From Takakia lepidozioides (lineage: Eukaryota; Plantae; Bryophyta), in the NCBI GenBank assembly GCA_030704615.1, contig CM060731.1, forward strand, positions 21,700,001-21,764,000: a DNA stretch of 64,000 nt. The letters are read 5' to 3'. Under the pieces are notes generated by a model. That model saw nothing but the letters and a program-made list of their open reading frames with translations. It was not told the DNA's origin and made no database searches. How positions within the stretch are numbered: the first letter of the stretch is position 1; every line of letters starts with the position of its first letter. Below are positions 1 to 11,909 of this stretch, piece after piece. The position numbers and the translations under genes are program-made.

Positions 1-273
1 GGACAGGCCAGTGATACCTCGAATTGTCGAGTCTGGTGGAATCATTGTTTGAATCTGCTTTCAGAATTCATGTGTACTGTTAGAAACAGGGTCAAAAAGT
101 CCCCAAGCATTCGTTCCATCTTGACAGAAATGTGAACATTGCAGATCTCGAACTACAAAGTTGGGTCAACATCAAGTTGTGGGAAGGACTTCAATATGGT
201 TGCATGACTCTTTTATCACAACCTTGTTAGCTCTTGGGAGCTGTATGTGAGTGGCCTATACAACCAAGGGATT

Positions 274-1251
274 ATGTCTTCCGAAATATTGGTGGAATTA
301 TCTGAACACAACAATGGTCCAACGATAAGTTTGACACATGATTTGACAAACGGGCCTACAAGATTATCCAGCTTCAAGTCAGAGACAAATTCACAGGTTG
401 CAAGAGACAAAGGAGAGGTTATAGAGCAGTCCATGGAGCAGTCATCACAAGAGCAATTTGAAAAGAAGAAACAGGTCACTTTGACAAGCATGCACCGGGT
501 TTTCGTGGAATCAATCAACGCATATGCCCTTGTTCTTGTGTTGCTGGCCACTGTGACATATTCTGGTTTCATGCAACCTCCAGGGTCTTTTGATGGGGAT
601 GGATATATAAGAACCTACTCGGATTCCAAGCTGATTCTATTTGTCTACTTCAACAGCTTCTCATTCTTTTTTTCTGTGGCTGATTTGTTGTTATGCCTAA
701 GTGGAAGTTTTGCACCCCTAACCGTGTTGAATCCCGGAATGTTCATCCGTCCAAAGACCCGGCTAGGCGGCACAAATCTGAACTTTAGCATAGAATGGTC
801 AAATATACGTACAACGGCCCCAATCCCCGAGAAGCTATATCTAGAGCAAGCCATAACTCACCAACTGGCAGGATTTGTAGCTTCCACCCTCACCAAATTG
901 GTGTGGATTAACATCTTGTTCACAATCTCGCTAACTTGTTGTGTGGCTGCGTTTGGGTCAGCTGGGTTTGCTATTTTGAGACCGAATGGAGCCCAGCAAA
1001 TGCCAATGATTGTTTCATCAGTTGCCGGCTGCTGCTTGTATTTCGTGTTCCTGATATGGTTGCTGTCTGATTCCTTCAAGTTCTTTTGGCGTGCTGGATT
1101 TGGCCTTGTAGCCTTCAAAGAATCACCACTAGCAGACGCACTAGCAGAGAATGCAGGACATCTGTCGGTTCAGCTGCAATATAGTGAGCCCCCTACAGTC
1201 CATGACAATGGTGATGGTATAGGTCCTTTCCATGAATCAAAAAGCAATTAG
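274..1251 (+). CDS. PGG-domain multi-pass membrane protein (ankyrin-TM/ACD6-like C-terminal module; no ankyrin repeats in this ORF)
   Basis: ORF 247-1251, first ATG at 274. Contains LVLVLLATVTYSGFMQPPGSF (PGG-like motif) followed by about 4 hydrophobic segments. An upstream exon outside the window cannot be excluded. Confidence 0.7.
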   Translation: MSSEILVELSEHNNGPTISLTHDLTNGPTRLSSFKSETNSQVARDKGEVIEQSMEQSSQEQFEKKKQVTLTSMHRVFVESINAYALVLVLLATVTYSGFMQPPGSFDGDGYIRTYSDSKLILFVYFNSFSFFFSVADLLLCLSGSFAPLTVLNPGMFIRPKTRLGGTNLNFSIEWSNIRTTAPIPEKLYLEQAITHQLAGFVASTLTKLVWINILFTISLTCCVAAFGSAGFAILRPNGAQQMPMIVSSVAGCCLYFVFLIWLLSDSFKFFWRAGFGLVAFKESPLADALAENAGHLSVQLQYSEPPTVHDNGDGIGPFHESKSN

Positions 1252-2172
1252 ACTCCAGGGCACCACTGCCGTGATGTCACAGTAGGTCTGTTCTAGGAAC
1301 AATGACTCCTTCATATCAGGGATGTGGCAATGATCACTGCCAGAGTGCTTTTCTCCCAGAATTTCATCACTCAATTAGAAGTTGATCCCTCAGACTTAGA
1401 TCTATCACTGGACATTCTTTGGTGTAATTGTCATACAGACACCTGCTTTCAGGTTAATGGATTGAGAACTCTTGTTGAAGTCTACACACAAAATTTCCAT
1501 GTTCCCTTTCTGTCCTGCGGATGATGCGTTGCAAAGTTCCCTGAGTTCGTGTGAGCTAACGTTGTTAAGCCTAACGGTAGAACGGGTATGCCCAAAAGCG
1601 GTTAACGTTAACGGAACCACATAGTTTCTGTTACCCGTTAGCTCATGCCACATCGGCCTTATCTACTCGGGGTGGCTCTTTGGTCCGCCAATCTCTGTGA
1701 TGCTGTGGATACTACAGCAGGCCATGGCCTGCCTCCGACACTTGCATTTCGGATGCACAACCACATGTCTGCCTTTTAGAATCTGAACTCGGTGCGGTGT
1801 CGTGACTAGAGGAAGTGCGTCAGACAGCGAGCAAGGAACAGATGTCAAGATTCGTGTCACAAACATTAGTTTGAGAGAAAGAAGAGTTAACGTCCAGCGA
1901 TATACTGTATACTCTGTGTAGGAGTGTGAGTGCACTCTGTTGAAAAGATAGAGAAATATAGAGAGATATTGAGTGGAGGATTCCGAGCTTGTGTTTTCTA
2001 TTACTGATATCAGCAGCATTGACTTGCTAGTCCTTCATCGAGGGAAATCGGCGTCCGCGAGAAGGATTAGCAGCTGGATGACTTCGAGGATTGAAGTCTT
2101 ACTCGCATTGATATCCGTAGCCATCTTTCTCTGTTGAGCGCGGTTTTTAAGTATTGCACCAGTGAAGGTTTC

Positions 2173-5100
2173 ATGGCCTCAAGTGTGAGCGTAGGTGCCT
2201 TTCGAGCCCTGGCCGCAGTACCGGCGGCTTCCTCATTATTTGACAAAGGTATCGGTGGCAAACAAGGCTTTTCATCGCCGACATTGAGAAGAGCCTCACA
2301 TTGCAAGCACTGCAAATCTTATGGATTCTTTCCGCCACCATCTTTCCCCCATTCTAAACTTGGTAATGTTTGTAGCCCCTCATTCTTGATCGGTAAATTT
2401 GTTTGAATGAAAAACAGTCGAAATTGTGGGAAATAAAAGCATTCTGTGTCTGGGAAAATAGTGGTAGGCTTTGGAGCTTCATGAACTACCTTTGGACACA
2501 GATACTCTGTTCTTGAGACTTTGATACTAAGCAGGTGGTCTAGTGTTTGAGTGTACCTACAGTGCGTGCAATCTGATCAGTAGAGTATAAGCCATGTATT
2601 AGTGGACTGATGTGTGTTCCATCCTCAGTATTTTCAGGTTTGAATTGCCTGACATCCAAATAAGGAAACCCTGAGCCCTGGACCTGAATGCAATCTTGTA
2701 GCTAACAAGGGGTACTGCAGGGCATATAGAACTATGAGCGTAGTGCTGACATATATATCTTGTGTATGATCATCTTGTGGATAGTTTTAGACAATTAAGA
2801 ACCTGGAAGTATGTTTGCACTTAGAGATGTCGGTGAAAGGACCTTGTCACGGATCCAGAGCATATGCATTGGTTGATGGCCATCTCTTCTATGTATGTCG
2901 TCCTGTAACATGTTCAAGGAGTGAGAGCACCAGACATAGTCTAGTCAAGGTATGTTATCTTCTGCTACCAAAAGAATGTTTCAACTGCTCGGGACTGATA
3001 TAGTTGAACAGAATCTCAAGAAGCAGACAAAGCCCAGGCTTGCTTGAGGCCTTGAAGTTGTTGACGAAATCAAAGAACTGAATTATGTGTATGTGTTCAA
3101 TCTGTTTACCAGTTGCATTCCAAATCAGAGCGGAGGCCAGTGGTTCTGAAGATGGAACAAGTACTTCTACAGCAACAAAACCTGTAGAAATATGTGCTGT
3201 GGACAAGCTTGTTGAGGGCATCTCGTTTGGTCAACTGTGTGATGAATTTCAGTGCGTAAGCAGCCCTGCTGTAGAGAAAACAGCTCGGCAGCTCCTTAAG
3301 GATATTTTGGAAATTCGAGAAGGCAAGAGGTCAATAGGGATCTTTGGTGTCTTTGTGCAATATAAGGTAATCCTGCCTTCAGTGTGAGATTGACCTTTTC
3401 TCCTAAAATGCTGCAGCACTTGTAATTTAGGATTGGTGATGTTTCTATCACCAAAAACAGAATATTCTGTTGGTGTGGCCTGTCTAAGCACTTTGAGGTC
3501 TCATTTACCTCTTTCCCCTGCCTCTGACTTGCAACAGCCATGTTGCTGCAATTCCGTCCTGCGTTGCCCTACTCAATATTTGAAAATCTTGGATGGAGAA
3601 ATGCACTGAAGTCTTGAGGGGTGATGCTTTGTACGATCCTGGAGTTAACTTTGTACAGAAAATGAGAAAAAAGAAAAAATAGCTGGAAGAGAGGTCTCCT
3701 CTATATCTCTGTATAATTCATAATAGAAGATATGCCCGGCCTCACCTACACGTGTCCCAAAAATCACCTCAAACATGTGAAGTGGGTTAGTGAGGATGCA
3801 GTGTGAGGTGAATGGCGGACATTCTTGCATGCTATAGCTGTCCAATATGTTGTTGGAACGAAAATTTCAGTCTTGTTCGTAAACCTCAACCTCACGTCTG
3901 CATTTAATTTATTGCTCACAACGTTACCCTTTCGAAACGTGCTGACAATGTGATGAGTAGCAATCCACTTATTACTTTCCGTTCTTTCAATGACTTGTAG
4001 AATAAACAGACAGTATTCCTGATGGCAAACGGTAGAATCTGCTTTTGTAAGTTTCACACAGTATAAATGTCTCCCATTCTTTTGGATGTACAAACTGCAG
4101 CATCTTAGGAGATGCCTTTCTGTTGTATCGAGGTGCTAACGATGATGCTCCTCGTTTGAATATCTGCACCGCTAAAACATGAACATGACGATGGAGTCTG
4201 CTGAGTTCCATTTGATGTTGTTCTTCTCTAGTTTTCTTCTGGACTTGGCATGCTGAAGTAGTCGTCGTGTGTGGTCTAGGTGACTATATTCCATTCTCAT
4301 TATTGACTATCCTTCAGGATCCATTAAGGTCATTCAAAGGACGGGAGAAGTATAAGAGGGCCAACTGGATCAAGACTGCATTGGATAACCCTTCTGTGGT
4401 ATGGTATTTCAACTTCATTTTGATTCAGTATAGGACAGTTCATTTGAAGATGACTTTTTGGGTGGTCCACATCTGGCTCGCACAAACCAAGATCGTGTTT
4501 GTCTTCCGTTCTCTTCTTAGAGTTTCGCTCTACTTGATGTGGTATGAGCAACAGAAGAGTGTTGCTCGAGTAGCCCGTATTGAAGGCGTAGGACTGGTTC
4601 TTGGACTAGTCTTCAGATGCAGTCACATTCACTGTCTGCCAGTGTTCCATTGTCCAATGGATGTCACTTCAAAGGAAGAGAGAAAGAAAGAGAGAGGGGA
4701 AGTGGAGCAGGGATAAGCAACAGAACCGTGTTTGAAAAAGCGAAGTAAGACTCTCCTGTGGCCAGCAGCTGAGAGAGAGGTAGAGCCACCCAGTCCAATT
4801 GACTGCAGAGGTGTCACTCATGGGGTGCATAGGATTGTTTTTCTGTTAAAAAGAAGTCCTATGTGGGGTTCGTCATGCAGTGATTTCACGCTTGGGAAGT
4901 CAAGTCTGCAAAAGTGTAATTGAGACACATAAGGTGATCCTCCAATCTCTGCTGCGGTTTGACCCAGGCAGTGCGCCAGATGACGATGGAATCGACAAGT
5001 GTGCTTAACGTCAAGTGGACCCTACGAGGGAGGCCAAAGCTTCCTCCAGCTTCACTTCTAGGTGGGGATGTCGTTCTCAATGTCAATTCGACATTCACTT

Positions 5101-5708
5101 TGAATCAAATAAGTGGCCAAGTGACAGAGCATGAGGATGACTGGGATTTGTCGGGCTCCAATCCTTTGGGACAAGCATATTTTTGGACATCACGGTTGGC
5201 ATTTTCAACAGTGGAAGGAGGAAAGGATGCTGCTGAAACAGTGACAGGTCTAAGCAAGTTGATCGACAAAGGCAGGGATGACAATCGTTCTCCTTATTTC
5301 CCAGATCCATCTGGGGACCCAAGAAAGGTACAGTTTGCAGATTTGACCTTTTGCATCTGGTTTTTGCAAGGCTTGGATTAGCACTCCTCTACCACTCGCG
5401 TTTCAATGGAGAATGATTGTGTCCCGTTAGTGCTGTGCAATGACATTGTGTAATCCTGACGATTGGCAGAAGTGAGCATTTGTCATTTTAAACCTACAAG
5501 ATGTTCACAAAGTTAGTCTGATCGGTATTTCAAACAGACAGAGAATTTGTTGTGCCTATGTACAGGTGTGGATGCTCGATTTTGAGACTTCTCTTGTTGT
5601 TTGCAGTTCTTCCAAGTTGATGACAACCCCCAGAGAGACTTTTATCAGCTGGGCCTTGTGCTTGCACTACTCTATCTCGTGGTTCAATTTTTGAGATTAA
5701 CCCTCTAA
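2173..5708 (+). CDS. Uncharacterised plastid-targeted protein, DUF2358/NTF2-like, with C-terminal TM helix (5 exons, 328 aa)
   Basis: Exons 2173-2362, 3113-3366, 4318-4398, 4968-5327, 5607-5708 with GT-AG introns sum to 987 nt in frame. Ser/Ala-rich transit-like N-terminus; DPLRSFKGREKY...LNVKWTLRG...QVTEHEDDWD; ends FYQLGLVLALLYLVVQFLRLTL*. Confidence 0.8.
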
Positions 5709-6000
5709 ATAGGCCAGCTCCCCAAGGAAATCCAGTGAGGTATTATTCACGATGTGCGTCACATGTACTATATGTCACTCTTGTAAACTTCATACTAAGG
5801 AATTAAGGTCTTCTTTGTGTGACCTTCAGCTTAAGGTAGCTGAAAACAGGAACTGTATTTTTATGGCCTGGTTTACCTTGTTGGCTAGACAACCTGGCTT
5901 TTCTCAACAGGTTTGGAATCAGACTTTCAAATTACATATACAACTTCTTAGAGACTCTCTAACAGTTTTCACACTTTAGTAAAGGGGGCTGTCAGTGCAG

Positions 6001-6556
6001 ACGTTTTGCATTTCCCTGTGACATACACCTGATTTATGAAAAGTAACTGACCATTTCCCAGGACTTAGAGCTAATCTCTTCTCTTACCTTTTCCCCTTGT
6101 GAATTGGACTGCTGGTACAATGCTTTTCGCGTCCACTGTGTTTTTGTTATAAAATTGGAAGAAAGTATAATGATAGAAGTTGGCCCATGGTTTACTGGTG
6201 CCGTTGATTGCTATATTTTATGGTTTTTGGCCCAAATTTCTGTACAACTATTTTAGGAGCGATTCAGTCTTACATTTTTCTTTGTAAGAGGAGACGGGTA
6301 TATATTACATGGTGATGGACACATAGAAGCAGTTGGACTGCTTCACCCTCTGCGAGGGTATAGGACTGCGTAGGATCTGGACATTAATTCAGTGTGCTGA
6401 CTATGTGTTTCATGGCTCCAGCACTTCTTGCCAGCATCCTGGAGGCTCATTTGCGTGTCAATCTGGTCAAGTCATTCCAAGTCTGGGATAGATTTACAAC
6501 ATTGCTCTTTCCAAGATTGTTGTCAACATCAAGCTCTAAAATTTGCATGGAATGCT
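6001..6556. repeat. Segmental duplicate of 16660-17245 (FDH downstream flank)
   Basis: Shared blocks such as tttccctgtgac..cctgatttatgaaaagtaactga, atatttttatggtttttggcccaaattt and gatggacacatagaagcagttggac, in the same orientation. Confidence 0.85.
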
Positions 6557-6910
6557 ACACATGGATTTCTGTGATGTGCTGGTGCAGGTGAATGAATTGG
6601 AAACTGCAATTGACAAGTAACCACTGAAACGCAGATAGCTGTGCAAAACGGAATTGATATGGTTTGCTTGCACCTTCCCCCCGGGGCAAGGATTACACTA
6701 TAGTATATAGTATATATAGTATGTACTATAGTATGTATATAGTCTATAGTATATATATAGATTATACTAGATACTATCCTACTTGTAGGATACTATATAC
6801 CGTGTCAACACTACCATAGCCTCCATTTGCTTTTGTTAAACTGCCAGTGTGGGGTGATCATGCTCTTTGCTACTGGCAGAAAGTATTTCACCGAGGGCAG
6901 AAGATGGTGA

Positions 6911-7503
6911 TCCAAGGTACTGAGGGGCAAGTTTGCCTCGCGCACTATGTAATACTCTTCTGGAAATGGCTGGTGCTTGAACCACCGGTCCAGCATGTCC
7001 GTAACTCCAGCTGCGATCCGAGCCTGCGGTCACATAACCCTGTCAATCTGTCTGCAAGCAAGCCATGGCTATGCTTCGATCGAGTTTTCCGATGGAACAA
7101 TCTATTCATGCATCCGACTTGGATATCAGGAAGGAAAAGAGGGAGTGGATTGGAAGGGAAGTGCCTGCGCATCCAGTGTGGCGCCTGAGGTGTGCGGGGT
7201 CATAGCATGGTGGGGCATGTAGCGCCATGGATGATCCTTTGGTGTTGGCTGCTGATCCCATACATCGCCACCGCAGCCTGCATCCCCACACCACTTGAGT
7301 GGCTTTGTTCCACAATGGAAAGGTTCAAGTATTTGACTTTGCCATTGTCATTGTTGCTCACTGTATCCTCATACACACAGCTCTTGAATGATGTGGAATC
7401 TAGAGCACTTGCAAATTTTGAGATTCATCGGAGTAATATGTCATCTCCCCAAGCACCCTCCCTATATATAACCTTCGTCCAAGCTTCTAACTATCTAGAT
7501 GTG
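6911..7503 (-). pseudogene. FDH: Orphan FDH 3' fragment (part of intron 6, exon 7 at 7165-7277, exon 8 at ~6911-7023)
   Basis: [36 protein letters not shown] / [29 protein letters not shown]. Has a 1-bp deletion near the end and a lost stop codon; truncated at 7503 where LINE sequence begins. Confidence 0.9.
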
Positions 7504-8505
7504 GGTGGGCCAAGACTCACCGCAACTCATCACCGGGAGTCGAGGGTGTTCGTGGTGGTTCGCCATAAAATGGCATGGTTGTTTGTGAAACCCCTGCGGA
7601 CAGCTACAGAAGTATATATAGGGAGTAGTAACCTCGAGAACGGTGCAAGCCCGTTGGTGACCAAAAACTAATGAGTAAGCGAGCGAGCCAGAAAGCGACC
7701 AAAGAGTGGGGAGCTGTTCCGGACTGCCAACTACTAAAGGGAATTCTGTTGGTTCCAAATCGTTGGAGGGTACTTTGGGGGATCAAAGGGGGGGACCGTT
7801 ATGCCCCGGTGAGCAGCCGGGAGCTCCAAGTTGGCCCGGCGGCCAGGTTGGGAGTTAGGCGCGCGCATCAAGCGAGTAACTATGACTTGAGGAGGGAGCT
7901 TACCGAAGTGAGGTGCGCGACATGCCATGATACCTTCAGCACGCAGAGCGTCAGAAAGGTCATGCCCAACCAAATGACCCAAGAGAACATGCGATTGGCC
8001 TTCGTGCAACCAAGAAAGACCGAGGGCTTCCCCCCAGGGGGCTGTATGGGCAGCCACCGTGGAGTCCTTTATCTTGGATAAAATCTCTTTAAACTTACTC
8101 CAGTTTATATTCAGACCCGAAGCAGCACAGAATTGCGACAAAGCGAGCAGGGCCCGATCCACATTTCCCATAGTGTTGTTATCAATTAACAAAGAAGTAT
8201 CATCAGCATATAGCGAGGATTTTATACTGTAATTTGGGATAGATCGGTGCTGGATTTTAAGCCCCACCACATCTGGCCTGCTATGTAGGAGATGGCTGAG
8301 GCCATCTGCAGCAATAATAAACAGAAAGGGAGATAGCGGGCACCCTTGTCTCACCGAGCGGAAAAGAGGGAAGGACCTTGAGATGGATCCATTGACCAAC
8401 ACCTTACTAGATGTTGATTGAAGAAGAATGGTAATCCATTTGAGGAAGTTGTCCGTTATACCACAATTTTGAATCACCCCCAACAGATAGGACCACTCAA
8501 TATTA

Positions 8506-11500
8506 AGGTAGCGACATCTAAAAGTGTGCGTTGCCTTTATCTGTCCCCTATTTTTGATGAATGAGTCACCCTTTTCATCCTAGTACTATGCACTTTCGCA
8601 ATGGAGGTAGTTCAAGGTTCATTATTACTTTGGATTAGGTACACTAGCGGGTGTTTTTGGAGTAAAAGGGGGTTAATTAATGGTGGATTAGAGAAGCTAA
8701 TTAAACAGCCGACTAATGATTCTCATTTCAAATTCCTCATTTGTTTTTGAAAGTGGAGGCGGGTGTTTTGGGACAACGGCTAGTTAATACAGCAGTTAGG
8801 CATGAATGCAAATAGGATTCACTCTATATACTGCTATAGTGCACACACTTTATCACACTTCAGTTTACTACAATAGCAATTCGTGGAGCGATAGACATGG
8901 ATTTCCGTCCTAGCCAGTCATTGAGATTACTACCAGACACAGAGGAGGAACACAATGCTACCCAAGAGCACAATAATGATAGTAGTGATCGTGAGAGTGA
9001 GGAATCTGGAGGTACTAGACAACAGCCAGGGCAAAGAGGCAAGGGATCTGAGGACGATGAGTATGAGAATTTTGCATGGGCACAAGACCCGGCCGAGGAG
9101 TGGACGGAAGTGCATTATGCAGCTGGAGTCGGAGGACCGGCTGTAGTTCCAGATGAGGCACCTGCTAGGGAGTCCCCACCACCAATCGATGTAACTCCAG
9201 TCTCGAGACGAGCATCCCAGCAAACACCTACAAGGAATTATGGAGGGCCCCAATTATATGCAGTCGGGGAAGGGATCAACTCGCGTACCAGATCAGGTGC
9301 TCGGCCCCGCCAAAATGGCAATTGGAGTGACCAAGCTCTTGCTGGCGCCTTGGCAGCAATCGAGGCTGGGTCGTCAAACCTAGGTGCTGCAAGACAATTC
9401 ACCATACCTGCAGCTACTCTATGGGCCCACATGTATGGAACCATTCGTAGCAGACGTCGTGGCAAACATGGGGTTATGACTGATGAAGAAGAACGATTGT
9501 TGGTAGCATACATTGAGAGAATGCAGGACGTAGGGCATCCATTGACACTAACTCAGATCGGATTGAAGTTGGGTGAGATCTGTCAGCTAAGGATTACACC
9601 GTTCGTCAATGGAATACCTGGTTTGGGATGGCTACGCTGGTTTAGGGAGAGACACCATCATCTAAGCCTATGAGTTGCTCAAGGTCTGGAGCAGGGAAGG
9701 GCCAAGGGCCTCTGCCAAGAGAATGTTGACAGCTTCTATGCTAACCTAGGCAATCTATACAACAAAAACAACTACGACCAAGAGCGGATTTGGAACTGTG
9801 ACGAGTCGGGGGCGCAGGCAGGAAGAAATGGCGGGGCCAGAGTGCTGGCCAAGACTGGATCTCGCACGGTGCACTCCATTTGTCCAGATGAGAGGGAGTG
9901 GCTCTCTGTATTGACCTGCATTAATGCAGCAGGTAGTTCAATTCCTAATTTTTACATTTTCAAAGGCAAACGCTTTCGTCGTAACTACATTGAGAGATGT
10001 GAGACGGGGGCCACAATGGCAATGCAACCAAAAGCATGGATGACAGGGATCATATTCTCTAAATGGATCTCACATTTTCTTGCATCAGTTAGAGGCATGG
10101 GGAACGAGATTACAGAGGAGAGGAGACATCTGCTGATCCTTGATGGCCATAACAACCATGTCACAATCAATGTTGTCCACCAAGCTAGGTCAGTTGGACT
10201 CGATCTGATCACGTTGCCATCCCATACATCGCACGCACTGCAACCTCTGGATGTCTCCGTATTCAAGCCCTTCAAGACTGCATTTCGAAACTACAGGGAT
10301 ATATGGAGTATAGCAAACAAAGGGAAGCCAGCAAACAAAGAGAATCTGGCGCAATGGGTTTCTTTGGGATTGAAGAAGGCACTATCAGAAGTCAACATTA
10401 AAAAAGGATTCTCCACCACCGGGATCTGGCCTCTACGGCCTATTGCAATGGCAAACAAGATGGGGCCATCATCTACTTTTGCACAAGATCCACCTGCAGA
10501 AGATCAAGATCACACAGCGAAGACAATCAATCACATGAGGACAAGCAACCAGATCCAGCCATTGAAGAGGTGATAGGCAACATGGTTCCCGAAACCCAAG
10601 AGGAATGTATGCACTAGTATGTGCATATGGAGGATGATGACGGGCCCACAGATCAGGCCCCTAATGATGAGAGCAGCCAGGAATCCCAACCACTTGCCCG
10701 AGACCGGGAGCTCTCGATGCTCGCATTCACGGGTCCCACTAATATAGCCAGGTTTCTCACCCTTGCGGAGGCTCCTGCACCCACTAGAAGACGAACGACT
10801 CAAGAGCAAGTGTTAATGGATTACTCCAAATCCATAATTATGACCAGCGACGACTACGTCAACTCCCTTAAGCAGAAAACACGACTCAAGGCGGAAGCAA
10901 TTGCAGCCAAAGAGAAGAAACAAGAGGACCAGCGCATTGCACAGGAAAAGAAGGTAGCAAAAAAAATAGCCAAGCAAGAGGCGACTCGGATCAGAAAGGA
11001 AGAAGCGGCAGCAAAGAAAACATATGCCACTTCTGCTCAGTAGGTCCCTCCTGTAATGCCATACATTGTTCCTTGACATGCACTTAAAGGTGTCATGAGT
11101 GCACAAGGTGTGCACCTACACCTTTCTCAAAAAATTACCAAAACCAAGCCATGTGTGGGCCCAGATATACCCACCTCCCAACAGGGAAATCCGTGCATCT
11201 ACCTATGGAAGGACCCATAACTTACCTTGCATGAATCACAACTTGTGCAAAATCTGACCATTCAGGTATCAAATAGAACCCCTAAATCTGCCCTGAGATG
11301 ACCTACAAATCCTCAGACATGGCCATCTCATAACCTTAAAGTAACCATCCCATAGACACACCTGGAAGACTCCAGAGCCCCCTCATTTCCCATTCTCCCG
11401 CCATTCCAAGGCAACTCCCGCCACAGACCTGCTCCTCCTTGTTCGTGGACTTTAGGGTGTCTTCAGTTATGCATGCTCTCACTGCCTTCCATCAATCACA

Positions 11501-11909
11501 CCCCTATGTGGTGTCAAGTGTGGGACCCCATGTAACTGATGCCCGTGTGCCCAGCTAGAAGCCACGGTGACGAATTGGCTGGTGTCTTCACCCTTTTTCT
11601 TTGCTCGACATCGCCGGATTGCCATGGCTTGCTTATACCTGCATATGTTCGGAATCGATCCACAGAACGGGGCATGGTGCCTGATGGGCCCTCCCGACTT
11701 CAGCAGTGCCTGCAAGCGATCGCCATACTCCCCCAATGCCTTGTTTGACTTTGATAATTCATATATAATACATTAATGATTGGAAAATTATGTGCTTTAC
11801 ACAACAGATTGTTGCTTCATTTGCTATTCAACTCATGTAATTTTTGTGGACACCGCACCCTTTGAGCATTGCACACTACTTAAAAGCACACTTTTAGATG
11901 CCGCTACCT
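8506..11909 (+). mobile_element. Tc1/mariner-superfamily pogo (Fot1-like, DD35D) DNA transposon
   Basis: TIRs AGGTAGCG(A/G)CATCTAAAAGTGTGC at both ends; TA duplication at 8504-8505 and 11910-11911. Excision restores the LINE RT frame (AFD-NIEWSYL). Confidence 0.93.
8897..11043 (+). pseudogene. pogo transposase (HTH-psq + CENP-B HTH + DDE_1) with in-frame TGA at 9671-9673 and a later frameshift
   Basis: ORFs 8897-9673 and 9842-10573 share one frame. Motifs NCDESG, LILDGH and LQPLDVSVF, with 35 residues between the 2nd and 3rd Asp. Basic coiled-coil tail in 10621-11043. Confidence 0.88.

Noticed and set aside
6697-6800. Self-complementary TATAG-rich tract (also 51360-51520)
   Set aside because: Low-complexity AT repeat within the duplicated FDH flank; the palindromy is trivial.
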